Shown: one piece after another, positions 9,621 to 18,029 of the stretch
How positions within the stretch are numbered: position 1 is the first letter of the stretch
Layout: every line of letters starts with the position of its first letter
IMG/VR virus record: IMGVR_UViG_3300022752_006405
Span: 1 to 55,907 of that record
Reading direction: 5' to 3' (one strand)
DNA length: 55,907 nt
DNA from: a virus
Taxonomy: Duplodnaviria > Caudoviricetes
Made by a program: the position numbers and the translations under genes
The notes under the pieces: model-generated
What the model was told of the DNA's origin: nothing
The model's input: the letters and a program-made list of their open reading frames with translations, nothing else
The model's database searches: none

Positions 9621-11435
9621 ATCTGATTCTCCTTGTTTGTAATTATTCGTACGAATTGATTCTAGAAGGGCGCGAAGTGCTAATCTTCTGCCGTCTTGAA
9701 TATCTCCATGCTGGCCTTTAATTATACTCCAATACTTGTCTTTCATTTCCTGACTTAAGCTTTGCGGTACGTAGCGATCGAACGCGCCTTTATCATCGTC
9801 AGCTATGAACTGTCGCATCTTTGTTCCTGAGATGTCGACGGTCTCAGTCCTTGGAACTCCGACCTGTTGCAATTTAGCGAGGGCTTCCGGATCCCTGATT
9901 CTCTCCGCCATCTTCGCGGGAGAGTACTTGACCCTAGCGTCCTCCTCGTCGGAGTAGAATACGAATTTACTGACCACGTTCTTCAGCTCTTTCATCTTGT
10001 CTACTGCGATATCGAGCGGTGACTCCGAGGTGATGATAAGCGTTGCGTTCGGATAGTCACGATGAAATTGCGGTTCCAGTACCGCTTTCCATGCATCGAT
10101 CATGATTCCCGATGGGATCTCACCACGACCAGCAGTCGAGGTGATGATGAGCGCCTCATCGCACTCACGACGTGTTCTATCTATCATCTGCCAGTGGCCC
10201 TCGTGCACAGGCTTACCAGCGAGGACGAAGATGCCGACGCTGATACCGTTTTGAGTTCCAATTGCAAGTCTTCTCATGACCTGGGATTTGGTCGTTAGAA
10301 ACAGGTCTTCCTGACGCTGAATCAGAGATTTTGGATGTGATAGGGCCCCGAGTCGATTGGAGATAGCTGCGTCGAAGTAACACTCTTGATGGATGTCCTG
10401 TAGGATCTCGTCAAACTCCGCCTCTGGCACATTCCTTCGCTGCTGCGGTGCGAATTCCTGCGCTATTTCACCCGCGATACCGACGACGGTGTTCCAGTAC
10501 TCTTGCTCTGCCTCCTGGGTCTCAGCTCGAAACTTCTTCTTTATATTGAGGCGATGCTGCTTATCGTGTTGATCGTAGCGTAGAGCTTTATAAAGTGCAC
10601 CCGCGGCCGACGTGCTGAAAACAGCGCCTTCGGCAGCAGGGTACTCACCCTTTTTCGAGACGTCCGCATCCGTGGAGAGGGTCGTCTGAAAGTCAGAAAA
10701 CATCGAGTATATTGCGTTGACGATCTTCAATGGTCGATCAGGACCGTTATCGTCATACGCCGCTTTTAGATTATCAAAAAGGTTCACATAACGATTTTGG
10801 ATCATCCGGCTTCTGATCCCGTTCCTAAACTCTTCGAGACTTGAAAGACGACCTTCAAACAGAACGGGATAGGTGCTTACGCCCAGAGTATTCGCGTATG
10901 TTGTAAGGTTCGGTTGTCCATCCTCGGGAGTAATATCGGTGACCAGATGGGTACCAGTTGCCTTGTATCTTGATTTTCCGTACAGGGTGAGGAAAATGCC
11001 GTGCTTCTGTGGGTATTCACGGCTGATCGTAGGTTTTCTCTGCACAAACTCAAGAAAGAATTCAGTCCCGGGTGGAATCGAAGCGGTGTTCGAATGAACT
11101 CTGGCCATGTGCGAATGAACAAGGGAGTACTGAGCCGTTCCACTTGAGGAGGACCTGACCTCCTCCTCACGTGATGAGAGGCCACGTGCTTCGCCCGGGT
11201 AAATGATGTTTCCTTTGTACGCGATATACCAGTTTTTCGTGTAATCGTCGGGGTCGAAAGGATTGTTGCGACGAAGAAGGGTGAGCTTTGTTCCGTCGAT
11301 CTTTTCGACAATTTTTATATTGGGGTCGTTCAAGAATGCTTGGGCTTTTCTTCGATCATTCGCAAGAGCACGCCCTTCCACACCGTCGCGGGCCAACGCA
11401 TCCTTGAGATCTTCTATGGATATGTTTGTCGACAT
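8475..11435 (-). CDS. Multidomain protein: KxDG ligase-type adenylation domain + HxGH (cytidylyltransferase/NMNAT-like) nucleotidyltransferase + Gly/Ala-rich hydrophobic C-terminal part
   Basis: VEKIDGT (motif I), FFLEFV (III), AEGAVF (IV), LYK (V). Then GIFVLAGKPVHEGH and DISGTKMR, a poly-Gly linker and long apolar helices. Confidence 0.72.
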   Translation of the reverse strand: MSTNISIEDLKDALARDGVEGRALANDRRKAQAFLNDPNIKIVEKIDGTKLTLLRRNNPFDPDDYTKNWYIAYKGNIIYPGEARGLSSREEEVRSSSSGTAQYSLVHSHMARVHSNTASIPPGTEFFLEFVQRKPTISREYPQKHGIFLTLYGKSRYKATGTHLVTDITPEDGQPNLTTYANTLGVSTYPVLFEGRLSSLEEFRNGIRSRMIQNRYVNLFDNLKAAYDDNGPDRPLKIVNAIYSMFSDFQTTLSTDADVSKKGEYPAAEGAVFSTSAAGALYKALRYDQHDKQHRLNIKKKFRAETQEAEQEYWNTVVGIAGEIAQEFAPQQRRNVPEAEFDEILQDIHQECYFDAAISNRLGALSHPKSLIQRQEDLFLTTKSQVMRRLAIGTQNGISVGIFVLAGKPVHEGHWQMIDRTRRECDEALIITSTAGRGEIPSGIMIDAWKAVLEPQFHRDYPNATLIITSESPLDIAVDKMKELKNVVSKFVFYSDEEDARVKYSPAKMAERIRDPEALAKLQQVGVPRTETVDISGTKMRQFIADDDKGAFDRYVPQSLSQEMKDKYWSIIKGQHGDIQDGRRLALRALLESIRTNNYKQGESDMRISERQLRAIVNEELRRSSRLTEAAVNTGKKTSDWLKEKGVQANYTARYKDDPYFVLDDANRGPGAYRTGFGDPFTYEDVGGGKIKVISGPVESSIGRIIPKSGNLIPTSGGGGGGGGAAAGGGAGTLPGCNLASMSAGLKQKLGSVVRNTTAAAFYVDLMIQDALPVQPADIIAAGQRAATMGEGGGFFAGLADAAVGGANELIGACLTYIGTLAQGIRAAKAGFVQGPNKCSYRAFATAIEAAFTNAFSAAGATIQAGFASVGNMLRAVVAGVGAVLAAIGGAIAAVAGLIGAVITSLLGLGLAGIRALGAAIKAAVIAVGDGLIAAGGAVKAAGQAMPESVARAALDRLALEVCTISYARKLLSENVTPENRARVLL
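9640..9646 (-). promoter_or_regulatory. Intragenic putative late-promoter motif ATAATTA
   Basis: 19 nt upstream of the internal ATG 9620, in a locally AT-rich patch. Confidence 0.5.
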
Positions 11436-12967
11436 CAGCTACCCCACACAGCAGCTTCGATGAGCCTGCCAATACGCCTCATCCTCGATTCATCAACTCT
11501 GGGTTGATCATCATCTTCTACGAAACCTGCCTGTCCACGAATTTTGTATCTTGAGTAGAAGTCATTCTTCATCGCCTCCACATTAATGGTGGAGGCCTCA
11601 GCTTCGGGAAGATGTTGACGAAAAACTTCAAGCACCTTGTCCTTCACACTGCGATCCTCCTCTGGATCTGTTGCTGAGAGTTGTTGCCCACGATCTCCGA
11701 AAAAGCGATCGACCATCTCCTCATATACTTTCACGATTTCCTGTGGCGTGAATCTATTTTTAAGCAACTCCAACGCACCGAGAAATGATCCGAAATTTTC
11801 GAGGTCTTCCTCGGTCGCCGGTGGATTTACACCCATCAGATTATCAAAGATAAGCTTAACATCACGTATTGCATTAGTTCTCTCAGCGCGCTTCAGATAT
11901 TTGTAAACTTCATCGCCGTTGTAAGTCCAATCGAGACGTTGATAACGATCGCCCAAACCAGTTACAAGATCAAGTGTCCGAACTGGTCTGAGGGGAGCAG
12001 GCATTTTTGATTCATGACCTATCTCAATCCTGACTCTTCTTTCTGCTTCTTCACGCGCCTTTTCAGGGTTCTTACGCTTTTGAGCAGCTAGAATCTCACT
12101 CTCACGCTGACTCACTCGCTTCTCAATTTCCTCTGGCGTCGGAGGAGCGTAGCTTGGGTTTGCCGTCATTTTTACCGCGGGTTTCTCCGCCGTCGCTGTC
12201 GGAGTAGCCTCACGAGCTCCGACTGGTGGTGGAGACCTCACGGCTGCAATCGAGAACAGCAGAACTTTATGAGCGAGACCCTTAACGCCCGCTATGACGT
12301 CCCGCCACGCCGAAGAGTATGAGAACTTTGCCCATTCAGAGGGTCGTCCGCTCTCGTACTCAGAACCTTCGAAGTCAATCTGGAAGAATGTGTCTCCCTC
12401 ACCCTCTGGGGCTTGGGAGTCCCACGTGTAGGCGAAAAGAGCGTTGATCTGGTGCGATCCTGGTGATTTTTTGTTATGACCGACATAGGCGATCTTGGGC
12501 GTGAGCTGCGCGTCTTCACGTCTGTTGAGAGTTTGAAACAATCTGTCCATTTTATCGACTGGTACCGTAAGGTCGATATCTCCTACCGCGGGTTTGTATG
12601 TCACGAATTCATCATCCGACAACGTCTCAGGAGGTGCAAAAAGATGTGAGGATGATCCGTTAAACGCGAATCCTGACCCGAGGATATCATCACGCTGCGT
12701 GCGATCCCAGATAGGCTCCCCGTGATCTCTCTCGAACTCTTCGTCAAGCTTACGAAGCATCTCGATCACGTCAGTCCTGAGCTGCTGCCTCGTGATCCTA
12801 CCGGATCTTAGATCGATCTTCTCGGCGTACGCTTCACGACCGCGGAAAGTTTTAATTTGCTCGCCTCCGACGACGAGGCCAGTGGCAGGGTCACGAACAA
12901 GAGCACGGGTGTTTCCGCCCTCGTTGATTGAACCTGAATCGAAGATAAACTTAGCGATGCTAAACAT
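11435..12967 (-). CDS. DNA polymerase-beta superfamily nucleotidyltransferase
   Basis: FNGSS...GDIDL (GS + DxD) and a third acidic residue in FQIDFE. N-terminal INE-GG resembles a prohead-protease site. TGATG coupling to the next gene. Confidence 0.7.
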   Translation of the reverse strand: MFSIAKFIFDSGSINEGGNTRALVRDPATGLVVGGEQIKTFRGREAYAEKIDLRSGRITRQQLRTDVIEMLRKLDEEFERDHGEPIWDRTQRDDILGSGFAFNGSSSHLFAPPETLSDDEFVTYKPAVGDIDLTVPVDKMDRLFQTLNRREDAQLTPKIAYVGHNKKSPGSHQINALFAYTWDSQAPEGEGDTFFQIDFEGSEYESGRPSEWAKFSYSSAWRDVIAGVKGLAHKVLLFSIAAVRSPPPVGAREATPTATAEKPAVKMTANPSYAPPTPEEIEKRVSQRESEILAAQKRKNPEKAREEAERRVRIEIGHESKMPAPLRPVRTLDLVTGLGDRYQRLDWTYNGDEVYKYLKRAERTNAIRDVKLIFDNLMGVNPPATEEDLENFGSFLGALELLKNRFTPQEIVKVYEEMVDRFFGDRGQQLSATDPEEDRSVKDKVLEVFRQHLPEAEASTINVEAMKNDFYSRYKIRGQAGFVEDDDQPRVDESRMRRIGRLIEAAVWGS

Positions 12968-12974
12968 GCAAATC

Positions 12975-12981
12975 TAAATAT
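12975..12981 (-). promoter_or_regulatory. Putative late-promoter motif ATATTTA, probably giving a leaderless mRNA
   Basis: Only 7 nt before ATG 12967, no SD, immediately after the capsid terminator. Confidence 0.55.
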
Positions 12982-12993
12982 GTCTCACAAACT

Positions 12994-13021
12994 AAAACGG
13001 CCACCTCTTTCGAGGTGGCCG
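12994..13021 (-). terminator. Rho-independent terminator after the major capsid gene
   Basis: 10-bp stem CGGCCACCTC/GAGGTGGCCG with a GAAA loop, followed by TTTTAGTTT on the minus strand. Confidence 0.85.
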
Positions 13022-13048
13022 CCCTAGATTGACCCCGCGGTCAGAACA

Positions 13049-14932
13049 TCAGATGATGTTCATGTCGAGGCAGGTGACCGTTCCGTAGAAGTCGGAGCGG
13101 ACCATCTTCTTGCCGTAGCGGGTCATGACACCCTTGCGTGGCGTGAAGTCCTCGGGCGCGAAGATCGTCGGAGTGACGATGAGCGGGACGTAGGGGGCGT
13201 AGACGTAGCCGGTCTCGAGGTAGCTGCCGCCCTTGAAGCCGACGAGGATCTTGTTACGGGGGAAGTAAGGATCCTTGTAGACCGTGAAGCGGTTCGAGAG
13301 AGTACCGACCTTCTCCGCGCCGATCGAGAACGGGGCGCCGACCTGGCCGGAGCCGTCGATGCTGTAGCTCGGACGGTAGTACGTGGAGGCCTCGAGGATC
13401 GTCGCGACGTCCGGGCCGACAACGATGAAGTTGGCGGAGCCGCGGAGGGTCTTGCGGTGGATCTCGTTGGCGACGTCGATGATCGTCTCGGTGAGCGTCT
13501 CGTACCACTCGCGGACCGTACCGGTGAAGTTCGGGCCGGGCTGCGTAGCGCCGCTGCGGGTGATTTCGGTGCCTGTGGTCTTATTGACGAACTTGCCAGG
13601 AGCGCGGCTCCAGAAGTAGTTCGCACCGTTCGCCTGGGTGAGGAGGTCGTTCAGGATCTCGCGGTCGAGCTCGAGAGCGATCTGCTCGGAGAGGATCTGG
13701 GTGAGCTCAACCTCAGCGTCGATGCTGTGGTAAGCGTTCAGATCCTGTGCGAGCTCCGGAGACCAACGAGCGCGGAGCTTGCGGGTCGTCGCGGTGACGG
13801 CGATCGACTCGATCTTGATGTCGATCTCGGGGATGACCGGGGAGGGGGTCGCGCCGAAGTTCGACTCGAAGACCGGAATGGTGACCGTGGAGCCGGTGGA
13901 GCTCTCAACGTCGAGCGCCGAGGCGAGCGGGTAGCTGAGCGAGCAGCTCGCCGCCATGTTCGCAGCCGCAGTACCGGTCACAACGCAGAGAAGGTGCGTA
14001 CCGGAGAGCGGGGTCGGGGTGAATGTTGATCCGTCCCAGGATCCGATCTGGTTCAGTCGACGAAGGTTGAGGACATTAGTGCCACCCTGGAAACCCTCAC
14101 CCCATGCGCGGGTGTTGAGAGGGTTGTTCACCGTGCCAGCCTTGGCGACGAGAGCAAACTCCTTCGCGAGAGTGTGATCAGCGGAGGAAGAGATGTTACC
14201 GAGCGTAACGACGGCGAACTTGAACTGGGCTGTTGCCACACCAGCAGTTCCGTTCTCGATCAGGCTTGTGAGAGCAGGATCGAAACCGAGGAGACGACCA
14301 TCCGTGCCTGTGGCGAAGATGTAGTTCGTCGCTGCGAAGGCGCCCGAGCCACCGAAGGCGCCGGAAGCAGCCACCGTGACGTCAGTGTGTCCGTGGACGC
14401 GGCTGAAGCTGACACCGGCGAGGTCGTACATACCGCCCGTCGCGAGAGAGCCTGTCTGGATGCCCTTGCCCGCTGGGTTGTTGTAGATCGACTGGCCCGC
14501 AGTGTAGGTCGAGGCCGCAGCGTTGTCGCTGAGGTTCGGACCTGCGAGGCCGCCCACGTTGCTACCGTAGGTGTAATCCAGGTAGAACAGGAGACCCGAG
14601 GGAAGGCTCATCGGCTGGATCGAGACGAGCTCGTTCGCCACGAGGCCGCCGAAGACGCGACGGACGATGGGGAACGCGATGTTCGAGAAGCCGCGGATGT
14701 CGCCGTTGCCAGCGGCGGTGGAGCCGCCACCTGACGAGAGAGCGTTCGACTCACGGAGGAGGTTAGCAGTCTGGTTCTCGAGGAGGCGAGCCATGTTCTC
14801 GCGATTGGTGCCCTCGAGGCCACGAAGCAGGCCGGTGCGGCTCCACTTCTCAACGAGGCGGCTGTTCTCCGCCCCAACGTCACGCCCGCGGATTCCCTCG
14901 GCGAGCTGATCTAGTGTGAAAGTCCTTGACAT
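13049..14932 (-). CDS. gp23: Major capsid protein (T4 gp23-like)
   Basis: VSIQPMSLPSGLLFYL, TRKLRARWSPELAQDLNAYHSIDAE, YVYAPYVPL and FTPRKGVMTRYG; strong C/G-ending codon bias. Confidence 0.97.
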   Translation of the reverse strand: MSRTFTLDQLAEGIRGRDVGAENSRLVEKWSRTGLLRGLEGTNRENMARLLENQTANLLRESNALSSGGGSTAAGNGDIRGFSNIAFPIVRRVFGGLVANELVSIQPMSLPSGLLFYLDYTYGSNVGGLAGPNLSDNAAASTYTAGQSIYNNPAGKGIQTGSLATGGMYDLAGVSFSRVHGHTDVTVAASGAFGGSGAFAATNYIFATGTDGRLLGFDPALTSLIENGTAGVATAQFKFAVVTLGNISSSADHTLAKEFALVAKAGTVNNPLNTRAWGEGFQGGTNVLNLRRLNQIGSWDGSTFTPTPLSGTHLLCVVTGTAAANMAASCSLSYPLASALDVESSTGSTVTIPVFESNFGATPSPVIPEIDIKIESIAVTATTRKLRARWSPELAQDLNAYHSIDAEVELTQILSEQIALELDREILNDLLTQANGANYFWSRAPGKFVNKTTGTEITRSGATQPGPNFTGTVREWYETLTETIIDVANEIHRKTLRGSANFIVVGPDVATILEASTYYRPSYSIDGSGQVGAPFSIGAEKVGTLSNRFTVYKDPYFPRNKILVGFKGGSYLETGYVYAPYVPLIVTPTIFAPEDFTPRKGVMTRYGKKMVRSDFYGTVTCLDMNII

Positions 14933-14987
14933 TTTATTTTCTCCAATTTAGAAAAGATTTAGAAACTGATCAAAACCAACGGGGCAA

Positions 14988-16784
14988 TCACTTGCCCGAC
15001 TTGATACCTGCGAGGACAGCCCAGCGATCCACCTCGACGGATTCATTCAGGCTAGCAGCAGGGCTAGCTGACCGCGTCGATCTGGAGGACGAACCAAGGA
15101 TCCGACCCTCAGTCATCGTGCCTGACTTCGACTTGAGAGACTCAGTCAGGCTGGTGTAGAGAAGCTTTGCCTCTCGCACCGACTTCGCAGCGTCGAGCGA
15201 CTCAACGATCGCTCTCTGCTGACGTGGGGTGAGGTCCCGGTTCTGCATCAGCTTATTGACATAGAGAAGCTTCGCGTTGAACAGGTTAACCTCCTCGAGC
15301 TGCTCGCGGAGGGCAACAGCCTCCTTGGCAGCCTCAACCAGCTTGGACTTGAGAGCACGATTCATGCGTGCCTCCTCGACCCTGGCATTACGCTCTTCCT
15401 TGGCAGCCTCGGTAGCCTTCTTGGCAACCTTGAGAGCCTTCTCGGCGACCTCCTCGGCCTCCTCAAGCTCGTCCATCTCAGACTCGGAGAGATGATTCAA
15501 CTCATCCGGAAGGCTCTCGACGGAACCACCACCAAAACTCTTGGGCATCGCGTCCTTGATGCCCTTTGCATTCTTACCCTTGGAGCTCTTAGCCTCACGG
15601 AGGCGACGGAGCTCACGACGGAGCATGGACTCATCAACGTGGAAAGTCTTGCTCTCCATCATGCTGTCGTCATCCATCTCGTCAAGCTCGGGATCCATCA
15701 TCTCGTCGAGCTCGGAGTCAGCCATCTCCTCAACGTGATATCCTTCTTCCTCATCGAGGTCAGAATCCATCATCTCATCGAGGTCCATCTCGTCGTACAT
15801 CTCCTCATCGAGATCATACTCAGATGGAGCGGGGGGAGCAGCCGGTGGGGGTTCGGGTGCAACTGGAGCACCAGCTCCAGTATCAGCGACGTCGACCGGC
15901 ATCTCACCGCCGGCTCCCTCGGCACCAGCCTCCATCTCGTCACCGAGATCAACTGTGAAAGTCATTGCCTTGAGCTTCTCTTTGACAGTGTCATCGAGAC
16001 CCTCAAGATCAGCTGGCTCAAACATGAGCTTCGCTTCATTACGAAGGCGAGGCCTTCTCTCCATTTCCTCGAGCAGACGGCGGAACCGCGCGCTAGTTGA
16101 CATATCTCTTATCTCCTTTACGATGCTGTTGAATTTTTTCCTGATCTCAGGAGTGCTACCATTAGATATCATATGATTCCTGAAATCATTGACATTTTTA
16201 ACCAGAATTGCATACGCTGACCTAAAATTCACGCTCTCGGTCAACGGAAGTTTGTGTGAAACTCTCTTGAGAGATTCGAATTGGCGACGAATCTTCCCGA
16301 GCGAGACTCTTTCGCGATGACGCTCTCCTAGAACCATATCAGCCAACGCGTTCAGAGCTTCCTCATTCATCGACACATCGACGTCATCACCCTCAGCTAC
16401 GTCAGCGTCCGCAGCAGCAGATGCCTCACCGTGCTTATCAACGCGAACGTTGATCTTCACCTCTGTTCCGGAGGCAGTTTTGGTTGTCACCGTGTGAGTG
16501 ACCTCCTCATCGGGATCAGGTGCGGGCGCCCCAGGAGCAGCAGCGGCTGCAGGAGCTGGTGCGGCGACAGCAGCAGCAGGATCGTCTGGTAAGGGTTCGA
16601 GATCAAGGTTCGGAGCTTCCTCAGTAGCTTCCTCTTCCTCTCCCTGCTCAGCTAAAATCTGCCGCTCGATCATCCGACGGATCTGCGGTGAAATTGACTC
16701 GATAATCTTATTTCTTGCATTTCTCTCCGCCATCTCCTTGAGAGACTTGGCGTCTGCGATCGCTTCATCATAAAGATTCGACAT
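14988..16784 (-). CDS. Prohead core / scaffolding protein (T4 gp22-like)
   Basis: Directly upstream of the capsid gene. MSNLYDEAIADAKSLKE start, acidic low-complexity middle, coiled-coil C-terminus (EVNLFNAKLLYVNKL...DRWAVLAGIK). Confidence 0.75.
   Translation of the reverse strand: MSNLYDEAIADAKSLKEMAERNARNKIIESISPQIRRMIERQILAEQGEEEEATEEAPNLDLEPLPDDPAAAVAAPAPAAAAAPGAPAPDPDEEVTHTVTTKTASGTEVKINVRVDKHGEASAAADADVAEGDDVDVSMNEEALNALADMVLGERHRERVSLGKIRRQFESLKRVSHKLPLTESVNFRSAYAILVKNVNDFRNHMISNGSTPEIRKKFNSIVKEIRDMSTSARFRRLLEEMERRPRLRNEAKLMFEPADLEGLDDTVKEKLKAMTFTVDLGDEMEAGAEGAGGEMPVDVADTGAGAPVAPEPPPAAPPAPSEYDLDEEMYDEMDLDEMMDSDLDEEEGYHVEEMADSELDEMMDPELDEMDDDSMMESKTFHVDESMLRRELRRLREAKSSKGKNAKGIKDAMPKSFGGGSVESLPDELNHLSESEMDELEEAEEVAEKALKVAKKATEAAKEERNARVEEARMNRALKSKLVEAAKEAVALREQLEEVNLFNAKLLYVNKLMQNRDLTPRQQRAIVESLDAAKSVREAKLLYTSLTESLKSKSGTMTEGRILGSSSRSTRSASPAASLNESVEVDRWAVLAGIKSGK
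16163..16169 (-). promoter_or_regulatory. Intragenic promoter-motif variant ATATCTA ahead of internal SD + ATG 16103
   Basis: Same variant as at 33511, followed by AAGGAG-N9-ATG in frame with the scaffold gene. Confidence 0.35.
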
Positions 16785-16804
16785 GTTGTATCCCTACGCT
16801 CAAT

Positions 16805-16811
16805 TAACTAT
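16805..16811 (-). promoter_or_regulatory. Putative late-promoter motif ATAGTTA
   Basis: Intergenic, 20 nt upstream of the scaffold ATG. Confidence 0.55.
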
Positions 16812-16818
16812 ATCGCTC

Positions 16819-17391
16819 TCATTCTTTTTCGAGGTCCTGCCGCAAATGAATTGCTCTGATCAAGCGACGAAGTCTGGACATCGTCAACTCGTCAGGTCCA
16901 GGTATCTCCTCTAAAGTGTAAGCAGGTTCCATGGATCCCGCATCTCGAAGCGGTAGTGAGCTGGAATATCCAGCTTTTGATCCAGCGAGTGATATTCTGG
17001 CCGGAGCAGGTCTAATCGCCGGACCATCGGCGCCAACCCCCAGAATACCCTGCTTATTTTTGTACAGATTTGGAATCGGAGACATTCCACGACCCGTCGT
17101 CTGCTCGTGCATCCAGAAATCAGCGCCCACGAATCGACGATTATCCGCAGCACGATCGGCATACGAGTCCCAGCGAATGTGACCCTGACCCGCCTTGTTA
17201 CCTATCGCAACTTGCGTTTCTGGGTCATCAATCTCCGGCTCATCATCGACATCGTGCTCTGGCGGCTCGACATAAGGCCAAATTGCACCGCGTGAACGAG
17301 GAAGATCTCGTCTAGCGTCCGTGCCGTAACCAAGACCTGTTCTAACGTCGTAGTTCGGATTGTTAGCTTCGCTAATCTTCCTGTAAGACAT
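16819..17391 (-). CDS. Hypothetical head-module protein
   Basis: Fills the gap between neighbours on the coding strand; C-terminal LRRLIRAI helix; no recognised family. Confidence 0.6.
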   Translation of the reverse strand: MSYRKISEANNPNYDVRTGLGYGTDARRDLPRSRGAIWPYVEPPEHDVDDEPEIDDPETQVAIGNKAGQGHIRWDSYADRAADNRRFVGADFWMHEQTTGRGMSPIPNLYKNKQGILGVGADGPAIRPAPARISLAGSKAGYSSSLPLRDAGSMEPAYTLEEIPGPDELTMSRLRRLIRAIHLRQDLEKE

Positions 17392-17394
17392 TTA

Positions 17395-17994
17395 TCACGA
17401 AGGTGACGGTGTTGCCGGTGTGTCGTCGCCCAAAGCTCCGTCGTTGATCGTGTGAGTGTGGACCGTCCCGCTGGATAGATTGGCTCCGCTCTTACCGAGC
17501 GGCGCGATGGGTCCGGTCGGTACGATCGTGGTTTGAGAGATGATCGCAGCTGTTGCCGATGGAAGCACAGTGTCAACCGTTGCGCCTGTTCCGAAGTTGT
17601 CATTCGGAGAACGAGGATCACCCCCGAGCTTAGTTCCTTCTCCACCTGCAGGATCGCTGTTAGCGATAAGATTCGGGTAGTAAGATGAATCGAATCCAGG
17701 TGGAGGCGTAGATAGGTCGGGAGACTCTCCGTAATTCATGTCGACAGGGTTGTCGAAGTGCGGGTAATTTAGCGTGTCGGATTGAGTGTCTGGAGATATA
17801 AGCCCTGCTGCGACAGATCGATATGCTGCGTCAGACTGTGCCGTCGTAGATAGCGCGTCGGAATAATACGTCGGAGATTTTGGAAACATCTTTTTCAATG
17901 TTGCCGTGTCAGACCTCGAAGTGCCCGTAGAGCTTGTCGTGATCGTTGATCGAGACGATTCGGGGGATGTGATTGTTGGATACCTTCCAGGCAT
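17395..17994 (-). CDS. Hypothetical Ser/Thr/Pro-rich protein, possibly structural
   Basis: SD AGGAG and an upstream promoter motif; no recognised family. Confidence 0.62.
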   Translation of the reverse strand: MPGRYPTITSPESSRSTITTSSTGTSRSDTATLKKMFPKSPTYYSDALSTTAQSDAAYRSVAAGLISPDTQSDTLNYPHFDNPVDMNYGESPDLSTPPPGFDSSYYPNLIANSDPAGGEGTKLGGDPRSPNDNFGTGATVDTVLPSATAAIISQTTIVPTGPIAPLGKSGANLSSGTVHTHTINDGALGDDTPATPSPS

Positions 17995-18014
17995 GATGCT
18001 TATCTCCTATCCTC

Positions 18015-18021
18015 TAATTAT
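18015..18021 (-). promoter_or_regulatory. Putative late-promoter motif ATAATTA
   Basis: Intergenic, 20 nt upstream of ATG 17994. Confidence 0.55.
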
Positions 18022-18029
18022 TCGCTCGA

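Noticed and set aside
11435-12967. Pol-beta NTase as a CBASS CD-NTase or CCA-adding enzyme
   Set aside because: Only the generic GS/DxD/D core is visible. No Cap effector, E1/E2/JAB gene or CCA-specific motif was recognised, so a specific family cannot be assigned.
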